Of a stretch of DNA of 64,000 nucleotides, positions 51,601 to 63,600 are shown one piece after another. Positions within the stretch are counted from its first letter, which is position 1. Each line of letters begins with the position of its first letter. Origin of the DNA: an uncultured Planctomycetia bacterium (GTDB lineage: Bacteria; Omnitrophota; Gorgyraeia; Gorgyraeales; Gorgyraeaceae). The position numbers and the translations under genes were made by a program. A model generated the notes under the pieces. The model saw only the letters and a program-made list of their open reading frames with translations. It did no database searches and was not told the DNA's origin. The stretch lies in NCBI GenBank assembly GCA_964566255.1, contig CAZMID010000003.1, positions 5,145 to 69,144 on the forward strand, given 5' to 3'.

Positions 51601-54600
51601 ACTGGTGGCAATCCTTTTATTCTAGCTAATTTTAATAAGTCTTGTATCTTTTTCTCTATGCTATTCCCATTATATCTGATTAAATCACAGATTATATACT
51701 TTGGAAGGTTGTACTTAGTAGCTAAATCACTAATATTGTCGCTTAATGCTTCAAAATCTCCTATTTCAAAACCATCTTTTATAAGAACAGTGATCAGTGA
51801 AATAGGTAATTTATATGTAGCGCTAATCCTCTTTGAATTATATGAAATCTTTTTAAGGACTCTCTCAAAATCTGCATATTTCTTAATTACATGAATCAAA
51901 GTAGATCTTGAAACTCCGTATTTCTCCATAAGCTCCTTAAATGCAGTAAATGTGAATCCTTTGAGAAGAAGCATGTGTACATGATTTTCTATAAATGGTT
52001 TAACAGTCTCATCACCTTGTTTAAACTCCTCGATTGCCTTTTTAACCCCTGCACCAAACCCTTCTATATCAAAAAACTTCTCTACCTTATAAAGCGTGTA
52101 GTTCCCAGGATTCCTTAGAATCTTCCAGCTATTGGCACTTAACAGATAATTTTCCATGAAGTTCTTCTTTAAAAACTCTTCTCTTTCTCTTGTAATCTTC
52201 TTATTTGTCAATTTTCCAATTAAGTCTTTAGCTACTTTCTTCTCAATCCCAATATTAATTAAAGAATCTACTAAAAACTGTGAGTTTTCTAATCTCCTCT
52301 TTTTAGATAACGCATGCTTAGCCAGATACCTCTCCATATGATCGGTTTTACATGCCTTAAATATCAATGATTTTGTAGCGTTGTATTTCTCCTTCAAACC
52401 TAAATAAGACTCATAAGTTAAGCCTCTATAAAGCATCCAGCTATAGTACAACTCTGTAAATGCATTATCCTTAAATATCTTTCTTTCCTCTTTTAATCTA
52501 GATACGAATCTTGTCATGCCTTCCTCTCTCCAATGGCCAGAAACTATTTTCTTTACATCTGATCTAGTCAGAAATCTGTTTCTAGTAAAATTCTTTAGTG
52601 ACTCGAGGTGTAATTCTGAACTCTGGTAAAAATTAAATATACTATTAGTGATTTTCTTGGAGAAATCCATACTAAAACTATTTTCTAATAAAAGCTCTCT
52701 GAGTTCTTCCTTTAAAACGGCATTTGGTATAGGAGGCATTTCTATTAATGGTTTTATCAGTTGTTTCTTTTTTTCTTTTATTAATCGTGGTTTACTAATT
52801 CTACTATCTTCAGCTTCTATCTGGCGCTTGACTTTAATCTTCCCAGTATCTTTTGTAGAAACCTCTAAGCTAATAATCTTAGCATCTTTTAAGAATTTAA
52901 TAGTTTTAGGCAAGCCATTTTTAAATTCAACTTCCACCCACTCATTTGCATAGTTTGAAAATTTCGTCCAATAGATACCTATTTCTAGTTCACCTGCACC
53001 TCCCAACTGATGTAAAATAATATTATCCTTTAATTCTAAAAGTCTCTTTTGAGGGAATTTCTCAAATGAATCTATGATATTTCTTTTAGTATCCAGGATT
53101 AAACTTAAGTCTTTAGCTAGAAATATCTTTCCTTCCTTAATAAGTCTAGCCTTTACCACGATTCCATTAATGACATAAGCCTTTACGTCATCATGCTTCG
53201 GAAATTTACTAAAGTTAGCCCAATTCCTTCCTCCAAGATGTAGGTTCCCGTCTCCATCAAGGTGATGATGTTTTATTACTGCTTTCCTCAGGCCAGCCAA
53301 TCTTTCTTTTTTCATCCCTATAAAAGAATCTACTTCTTTCCTCTTATTTAAATCTACTAAGATAGAAAACTTTCTAATAATACCATCCTTTATAAACTTC
53401 ACTTCTCTTGGTAATCCTTTTCTAACTATAAATTCTACTTCTTCATTTTGATAGAGAGAAAATCTTGCCCAACGCTTGCCGCCAATATGTAATTCACCAC
53501 CATCACGCAGATAAAATCTTTTAATCGTTACATCCTCTAATTTGCTAAACTTAGACCTTCCGTAGCTATCGTAGAATGTTTCAATTAACTGACCGGTCTT
53601 ATTATTCCAAATTTGAGAAAATTCAACCACTAAGTCATCCTCTAAGAATTTAACCTTATCAACAAAGTCTCCCATCATAGTAACTTCAACTAAGGCATTT
53701 GCTCTTTTGCTAAATCTAGCCCGTTTCGTACCATCTATCCACAACCCCCCAGTTTTACCAAGTTGCATTCTTATAACTCTCTCTTTCTTAATCTTTATTA
53801 TTGGTCGCTGAAACAATGGAAGAACTGTTGCACTGTTATATATAGGTTCTATAACTTTTGAAAACATTTCACCTTTTTGTGAAAGAAAATCCCTAGCAGG
53901 GACATTTGAAAGATGTCTCCTCTTTTTTAACTTCACTGATTGGAATGTTTGTTTATTTGGTAGAATAAGTGGGACGGCCCCTCCGACAGGTTCAGATGAA
54001 GACAAGGTTTCATCTCTCTCGCGTCCCACCCACTTGACAATAAGTAAAGTAGTCAAAATTAAAGCAATAGTTATTCCCAATGGCCCCAAGAGAGGAGATG
54101 CAATAAGTACACCGGCCTTTCCAACAGCTGCAAATAAAGTACCTGGCAAAAAGATAGCAGCTAATATACTCGCAGCAATACTAAGCTTTCTGAAACTCCC
54201 TGTAGTTACTAAACTAAGCTTTTCTTTTTGCTGCTGGTTAGGCCTATCCTGGTCTTTATCTATTCTCTGGCCATGAAACTCTGAATCTCTCTTTATATCC
54301 TGGCTACCCTTAACATTCTCAGTTCCACTCCTGACAGCTTCAAGTTTTTCTTTGGCTTTTCCAAGGCGCACCGTGTAATAAAACCTCTTTCCCTCTTCAA
54401 AGACAATATTATCTACAGCCTTTTCTGCTCTCTTAAGAGCCTCCTCGGCTTTATTTAAATCAAGGTCTTCTGTTTTCTCAATATATTGAAGGGCCTTTTC
54501 TAAAATGCCAATCTGTCCATTAGTATATCCATTAGCAGCTGCGCGTAAAGATTCATAAGATTTCCTAAATCCTACGACCCTATCGTCATATTCCAAAAGG

Positions 54601-57600
54601 CCTCCTATAACATTTTCTTCAACAGCCATAGCTAATCTATGTGCCTCTCGCAGGATTTTCACATCTAAATTCTTGATATCTTTCAAAGCGATACTTGCTT
54701 TTTCAATGGCCTTCTTGGCCTTATTGATATACGTAGCCCTAAAAACAATCTGGTCTAATTCAGCAATCCTATCATGAACATATATTGAATCCTGTTCTGA
54801 GCGAGCACGAGCTATGTACCAAGATAGATCAAGTCCTCTCCTGACAGCATCCAACTGGCCATCATTAATATTGTCAAATTTGCAAAGCTTGTAGGTCTCT
54901 TTAACAATCTCTTCAAAGTATTTCCTTAGAGGTACTTTTTCTAGAAAAGATGCCTTGTCCAACTCTGTAGAATGTTTGACCACCACCCTATCTATGTAGT
55001 CCTCATAGTTAGACATTATTATCTTTACATATCTCTGAGTCTCTCGGAACGGAGGAATATTATTGCCATACTCTTCAATTCTATGAGGACCTGCATTATA
55101 TCCTCCTACTGCCAATCTAATGCTTTCGAATCTTTCTAACAACATTGCAAAGTAATGAGTCCCTCCTCTCGTATTCTTATATGGGACATAAACATCCCCA
55201 TCTGTCCAATTCACTCCTAAATCTTCTCTTATATCTTTCCATGTATCTGTAGAAGGATTATCCGGCGTTGACCTGATCTGCATAGCTCCTTTTGCATCTT
55301 TATGGCTAGTGGCCATAACCCTAACACTACCCTTAATATAACTTTCTTGAAGAATCATAAACCATGTAAATGCTGTAAATTTTTCAAGGCTGCCAAAATG
55401 TCTCTTCAATGTAGAATAAGTCCTCTCATCATCCCATGTATCCTCTACTCCTCTTCTTATTTCATTCTCAAAACTATAATCCTCTAGCCTTGTCCCTGAA
55501 TTAGCGCCATAAGCAACATTGCTAGCCACAAAACCTTCATTTGTAAAATGAGGTGATAGAGGTACAAATACCAAGAAGCCTACGAATAATACACTCATTA
55601 ACTTCTTCAGAGAAATCCTACTACCAATCCTTCTCCTATTCTCAGGCCTTATAGAAATAGAAAATAGAGAGCTATTCCCTTGCTTGAAGCTATTCCTTAT
55701 AAATATACTGCCTATTGCAAGTAAACCTAAAGCAATTAGTCCAGGTAGCCCAAAGTGTGTAAATATGATTGTAAGAATACCTATTGACAGAATTCCAGAA
55801 ACAGCAACCTTTTCAGTCTTCTCAGATTTTATAGCACTAGATATCTTATCTACTAAAGGAACATGATATCTTGCCATTATTTCTTCTATAGGGGTGTTTC
55901 TAGAAAGTGTTTTTTCTTCAAGTTCCTGCGGTGTTAAAGAGCCATGAAGCTCTACTTCTTTAACCTTTTCTATTTTGTTAAATTGAGCACGTTTATTTTC
56001 GCCTTGATCTAATGGGCTATACCAGGCCTTTGAACCTGAATGGACTGAGATTTGCTCTATATTCTTTAATGTAGCCTTGGACACTGGAAAATCAGATATA
56101 GGTATTTCAACCATACCATTTTCAGGTATAGTATATTTTTTAGGACTCCGACCAATATCAGCTGCACCCATTGCCTTATCTTTTAATAGCCTTACAAATA
56201 TATTTGTTCCAGATTGATTTCTTGGGAAGGTTATGCGTAAAGACTTTGCATCTGACAAATCAAATAGACCATCTACCCAGCAGGAATAAGCATCTCCACC
56301 AGGCCAACTTCCACTTATTCCCCAGGCAATCGCTTCTACATCTATCTTTAACTTAATTTCTTTTTTGGGTTTTGGTGCAGTCTTCTCTTCCTGAATCGGA
56401 AATTTAATTACCTTTCTGGTTTTTGGCTTTACAATATTTTCTGCTGCTTTTTCTGTAACTCTAATAAGTCCTGGGATTTCTCTGGCGCCTAATGAAAATG
56501 GATTAAATCCTAATTCTACTAATCCCATCCATGCTGTAGACGCAGTACTTAATACGCCTCCTGCAGCAAACCAGCCATGTCCAGTAGGAGCCCTTCTATT
56601 AGCATAAGGGTAAGCTATTTCTTCTCCGATCTGAACAGCCATTGTCTTCATATGGGCATACATTGTAACAGCGTCTTTTTCACATTCTTCCGCCCAATCT
56701 GGATGAGATTTTGAATAATAATCAGCTAAAATAGCACATGCCTCTATAGCACCTGCTGTCCACTCAACACTCTTTATACCATTATCTCCTCTATCAGTAA
56801 AATCAACTGCTATAATATTACCATTATCATCAAATATTCCAGCAAGCTCTTTTGATTCTTTCCATAATCTGTATGAGGTACCATCACCAAACCATTTATC
56901 TATTATATCTGCACCTAATACATCTATTGCCCAGGTCTGACAGTCTGTTGCAAAAATAGGATTAACTATCCATTCCCCCTTATCTTCATCATAGTGCATA
57001 CCTTGATTAAATACGCCTCTTTCAGAATCAAAACTTAGTTTAAGATATCCTGCTACATTATCCATTGCTTTCTTATAAGTAGTCTTTCCTGTAATTTCAT
57101 AAAGCATCCTGAATGCGGCATACCATGATAGATTATTCTCTGTTGAAATCTCATCATACATCCATTTATATCTAAATGGATTTTTACCAGGTTCTTGTGG
57201 AGACCATGTACCTTTAGGAGCCATACGTATACCACCATTTTCAGCTTGCAGGAAAATAGCTGCCCTTGCAGTCTCTTCTGCAAGTTGCATCTCTATAGCA
57301 TCTGGTAAATATTCTTTTCCATTCTCCTTAAAATAAATCTGTAATGGCCCTAAGACTCCTGCCCATGCATTCTCACCTGCTACTGGCTGCCACTGGCTCC
57401 ATTCAACTGTATTTCCTGCAAGAGGGTCTTTTAACTTCCAATGACCAAAGGCATTGATAATCTTAAACCTAAAACCCCTCTCGCCCTTCCAATAAGAAAT
57501 CTTACTTCTACCTTTATCACTATAAACAAATGGTGATTTTGATGCATGTAATTCACGAAGGTCTCCCAATGTGCCCCTCCACATAACATCAACCAATAAT

Positions 57601-60600
57601 TTTGCTGGTCTTAAGTCCCCTGTAAGGGCCTGGAATATTTGCGCAACACCTCCGTCATATATTACAAGTCCTTCTTTTAGAACCGTTCTTTCGTGTACAT
57701 TCTCAGATTCTTCCCAAATCGATTCCAGCCTATCTCCTGGTACCTGAAAGCTTAAGATAACCTTTGTATTATCTGCAACATTATTTTCAAGCCAGTTACC
57801 AATGCCTTTAATGGTTTTTTCTGATGCGATTGAAGTAGAAACTCCCATTAAAAACACTATAACTACAGAAGCAGTAAGCGAGGCGACCTCTCCGAAGGTA
57901 GGACTTGACAAGGTCAGACCATTTTTGCGCCCCGCCTGCTCGTTTCCTGAAAACGTTTTCTTTTTTGGTGAAACAAAAAGCACTTCAGTTGAATTTAAAT
58001 CTTCCCTCTCTAATTTTACAGAGTTAAATGTTGATCTATTTCTAATTACACGATTTAATATTGATTTTATTGGGGATATATATGCCTTTATTTCGCTTGG
58101 TTTCTTGTCATGTGCTATATCTTCAAGGTGAGCTTGTTCATGGGTTAGAAGTTTTTTCTGGAACCACTTAGGTATTAACTTCATTAAATCTTTATTTACA
58201 TAAAGTGTTCCATCTGGGGAAACATAGGATGGGTCTTTTGATGTAGAATCATCTTTACTAGATGCAAATTCTTCTATAAGACCAAAGTCTGGGCCTCGTA
58301 TTACACCTCTCTTAACAAAATAATGAATTATATTTACAAAAGCTATAAGACTGGTCTGTAATAAGTAGAATGTAACAGCGATAAGGCCTGGCAAAGATAA
58401 TAGTGCTATACCAATTGTAGCTACTATCGGTATATCTGAAGATGCACCATAGGCAATAAATGAAGGAGCAAAAAATGTTATTAAGCCTGCAAAAAATGAT
58501 GTTAAAGAACCTATTAAAGAAACAGAGGATTTTTCTTTACCTAACTTACCGACAACATTTTGATTTATTGTTTCTTTAATCTCTCCAGTATTCAAATCTT
58601 TTATTAAAAGAGGGCTGTAATCATCTGCATTAGAAAAATATACAAAATTAAGCTCATCAAGTTCAAACTCTCCTTTTGCTATATCTTGACATTCTTCCAA
58701 TATTTCAAGAAATCTTTCATAGTCTTCTGGTTCTTTATGTATATATCCTATAGAAATATGTCCTAGAAAGTTTCTTCTTGATGTGCTAGTATGCTTATTT
58801 ATAGCTTGATTTAAATCTAAAACTCTATTTAATTCTTCGGGCTCTGAAAATCTTACAAGTACGGAAATAGTCCTCTTTAACCCAATCTCACCTATTAAAA
58901 CTTTTATCTTCCCTGGGGTACCTATATCTTCAAAAGAATTTCTTAATTGTTCTAACCTTTCCTCATATTGTTCCCTGGTAACACCAGTTTTTGCACAATC
59001 ATATTTCTCACTTGGGTCTACATCGCATATTGTCATATGAAAAGTCTCGGGCCTAAGAAACTTAACACTATCCCCTAATCCTTTTCTCTTTAATTCATCT
59101 TGTAAATCAATTAATAGCCTAGACAACTTATTTTCTTGCCCTACAGGAGCAACACATGTAAAACCAGAGAAGGCCAGTAAATTTCCATGCTTATCAATTT
59201 TCTCTCCTCTACCGAAATGTGCTACACTATCAAAAGGTTTGCCCTTATATTTAGTAATAGTTCTGCCTTTCAATCTACTGTTATAAGTCTCGAATTTATT
59301 AATACCTCTTTCAACCCTGCCAAGTTCAAGTGCAACTTCCTTCACACTACGATCTTTTACCTTTAGGGTCTTAAATAAATTGCGCAGCATCTCTTTATTC
59401 TTCTCATCGATTTTTACTTTCAACATTACTCTGAATTCAATATCGCTCATTGCCTTATTTAGTGAATCACCGATATAATGTCCAAACCCCTTAGATAAAT
59501 CAATAGCTATAGTTAAATAACCGCTCTTTTTAAAATCCTCTACTATAGCCTTCAATCCTATTAACATAGACCTTAAAAACTCACTCTTCTCTTTTCCAAT
59601 CAAATTATCAATAGCATCTATATCGATTCCATTGGATATTAAATATTCATAGAATAACTTATATTTATCACCTTCATAATAAAGCTGCATGGCTGCTAAT
59701 CGTTTTGCGGCTTCCATGTCATCCGGATTGGCCATATATTCATCTTTTAAATATGCCAATTGTAATAGGTCTTCATACTCTCTCTCTGTAAAGTGGCCAT
59801 ATTCCTTAAGAAGCAATGCCTTTAATATAGTTATATAACTTTCATTATCCTGGTTATTAAACACTCCTCTTAAGAATACAGGGTGTATTTGCAATATCCT
59901 CCTTTTAATCTTTCCATTCTTTCTGTTTAAAATGAACCTTATAGCCATTATAGGATCGCCAGGCTCATCTGAAAAAACCACATCTTCCAGCATATCCTCA
60001 ACACCTATCTCTTTTGCCTTGCTATGCAAAAATTCTATCTCACTAGCAGTAGGTCTAATCTGGGTCTCAGCTATTCCAGCTATACAGTGAGAAACCTTAC
60101 TAAGGTAATTCTCTATCCTTCTATTTAACTCATTTGGATTATTTATGACTGGGATTAACTGTCCTTCTATGAAATCTCTGAAATAATAACCTGATTTAAA
60201 AGCAGGGTTTACTTCTTTTAAATATCCTGCTACTTGTCGTTGTTTATTGAGATTTATTAATAATTGATGGAGCTTGAGGTCCTGTAGGATAAGGTCATGC
60301 TCTTCTTGTCTTTCTTCTTGTTCTGTGCCAACTGTATTATTATGGCCTAATTCATGGAAAAGCCTTTCAGCAAGGATTATTCTTGTAGCTTCAGGATAAA
60401 TATTATTAGAAGCCAATAATGCTCTTATAAATTCCTCTCCTAAGATTATTTCAACCTGTTCTGTCTTAGAATTATAATATCTTACTGTATTTATTGGGAG
60501 CTTTGAATTTACTCTTATTACAATAGGAGGGGCTCTATTATCCTGACTGTTTAAAAGATCCTGTAAATATATGCTCAATTTAGTATCATTTTTTACTAGA

Positions 60601-63600
60601 TTTTCTATTAAATCAAGCGAATCATTTAAAAACGCTGCCAAATCTCCTGCCTCACTGCCTGTAGGAGTAAATCTCTGGCCTTTAGCCTGAGATAAATCAA
60701 GCCTTGCCTCTAATGAATCTACAAAATTACCTTCCAGATCAGAATACTTTACAGTATGGTCTGTGGGGGCAAAGGTTTTTACAGTGCTTTCTCTTAATAA
60801 TATAGTCTTAAGGTTATTCCATATAAACCCTTTTATGAGATTCTCCCAGAATAAATCTGCAATTATAAAGTAAGGTATTGCAACTAAGAAATGAATCAAT
60901 GCTTTTATAATTGAGATATTTAAGATAGGGAGACTGGTTACCAAGTCAACATAATCTACGAATGCCTTTTTCTTGCCTTCTAAGATCTTTAACCTTGCCT
61001 TAAAAGGCTTTAGGCCATATCTAAAGGAATCCTTCACAGAAAAACCATTATGCATGAATGGGCCTAGTATCAATGCAAATGGAAACACATAGAAGAAAAA
61101 CTGTGCTATTACACCCCAAGGATGCATAGGTGCAACTAAGAATATATTTAACAATAAAACTCCCCATTTAATAGATTCGCGGAATTTACCATATAGGGAG
61201 GCAAATGACTCAGTTGAATATTTAACATCCTTTGCACCTCCTATAAAAACTCCGCTATTACCGCCAAGAGCATCTATTGTCTTCTGAGCATCATTTGGAA
61301 CAAGCGACAAGAATGTTAATACCAGACTCCAAAACCTCATTAGGTATAGGCCATAACCCTTCAAAAATCCATATTCTTTTACAAGTTTTCTTACGCCTCC
61401 TGCTGCTATTGCCTGTGCAAATACATATTGCATAGATATAAATAATAAAGGAATAGACAGATATGCAAAAGGTGTAAAGGATACAAAGAATGCAAACGAG
61501 TAAATCATGAGGTTATAGCGTGGTATAATCACCTGATTTATATAATGGTCATCATTTGCAAGCAATGTGAATTTTTCTGCCCAGTGCATAATCTTACTTT
61601 TCAAAAGCTGCTGGAAGTGAATACTTATATTGTTATCAATTATTAATCCTCCGAACCTATTTACAAAAGATGGCATACCGCCTTGCGTCTTTTCCCTGCC
61701 TCTGCCCATTGTTATACCAGGCGCATAATCTGCCTTATAACCTGCCTTTAATATCTCTTGAGCAGTCATAGAGTCTTCTATCTTACTTGCAGGAACGCCA
61801 AAATCCCTCATTGCTGAGAGGCGCACAATGCCTGGACCATACATGGCTGGAGTGCCAGTCCTTGTCTCAGAAGGAATTAAGCGGGTATTGAATACATCTT
61901 CTGCTATCTCCTGGTCTTTCGCAGTAGGTGTCATACCTTGGTCAGCATCCCTGAGGTCAGTACCCACTATACCTAAATCAGGTCGTTGGGTGAAATCCCA
62001 TGCAACAAAAGGAAGCATGAATACATCAACTGGGAATATAGTATGTTCCCAGTCAGTATTGAATATGACTGCGTCTTTTTCGCCTGCTAAATGCCTCAAG
62101 GCATGTGTCCAGTTATCAACTTTATATCCCCAGCCAGAATGAAATTCAGAATCAGGAGGCACACCAAATCCAGCTATTGTTGCAAGGTGTCTTTCAGGGC
62201 AACCTTCTCCAGCTCCTTCCCCTTCTTTTACCCAGCTGCCTTCCTGCCACCCGAGTTCTTTTAAGTCTTCCATCATAACTGGGCCATTAACCTTACCAGC
62301 AAGCTCAACTTGATAACTAAACATACCCTGATAATATTCAAGTATCTCTTCATCTGTCGGATTACGGTCAAGTTCCATTACATGTTTTAAGAATATCCTG
62401 TATGCTACAAGGGATGATTCGTGAGCAGTCCTTACTGTCTTCTCCACGTTATCAACCCTAAACAATACCCACTGATGGATAATCTGGCGTGAAAGCATGA
62501 TTTCAATAAGGAGTTTTCTTAATACTTCGTCATCTTGTATGCTTGAGAAATCTCCTGCTCCAAAATCCGTATTGTATTTCTCTGACAACATTGCACGATC
62601 TGGATTTGTAATATGCTTAAGTTCTATCTCGAGGTTTTGCAAAATTGTATCTCTGGACATTGCATTAAAATCATATCGTGCAGACATAGGATTATCTCCA
62701 TCATGTCCCAAAGGTAAAATACCATATTCCAACATCCCTTCTAATGTATCTTCAAAACTCATGTAAGGGTCGCTAAACTTTTTAATAAAGGCCTTTTTAG
62801 CATCTCCAGTTAAATTACCTAATCCTGCAAGATAATCAAGGTATGATAACCAATCACCTCTATATGCCTCTTTAATTATCCTGAAAGGTGTTTTTATGTC
62901 TCCACCGCCTTTTCCTTCTGGATGAGGAGTATCATCATCCAAAGAGATCCTTGTAACCACAGCAAACTGCTTCCAGCTAGTCACCTTGGTTATTACCCTT
63001 AAAAGCTGACCTGGGTTTGTTCGTATAAATTCCTTTATATCTTGAAATTCTTCTTTGCTATAAAGATTGACCTTATTAAAGAATTCTACGATCTTCTTTT
63101 TTGCACGAGGGTTCTGGATATCTGCAGCATCAGATAATGCTTTCCCCTTACCTAATGCCTCCCTAAGTCCTTGTGCCTCCTCTTCAGTAATCATGCGGTA
63201 TTTTAACAGCGTTTCATTTATTAGGATCTCATGATATACGTCAGTCAAGTAAGGATCATTCTTTATCTTTTCAATATCACTCTGTTTTATCTGGTTATAT
63301 GAATTTATATCCTTCCAGTGACCTTGTTTTTCAAGCGCATGTATTACTGCTTCTGATAACAGATGCCACCAGCTGCGTAACGATACCATAGCATTTAAAA
63401 AGAGGATTATAGAACCAATACCAAGCCCTATTAAAGGCAAGACCCCCCATGAATATAATACACATAATACTGTCAATACCGCAAATGTCCCGACCCATAA
63501 TGTGGCAAGTATTTTAAAGAACCTTACCTTCTCGCTTATCCTTTCCTGTGCTTGCGGGTCAGTTCTACCAATATATTCCTTGCTTGCTTCATAGATATCT

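Noticed and set aside
61400-62300. The giant-protein region at about aa 540-760 (GTDLRDAD…, Gly-rich loops) looked as if it might be a glycosyltransferase or deacetylase.
   Set aside because: There are no diagnostic DxD, QxxRW or HxxH motifs in convincing spacing, so it cannot be supported from sequence alone.
45705-62766. About 20 short plus-strand ORFs (60-140 aa) scattered inside the giant gene.
   Set aside because: All lie antisense within one long uninterrupted minus-strand frame whose product has multiple recognisable domains. They are typical AT-rich antisense ORFs with no motifs.
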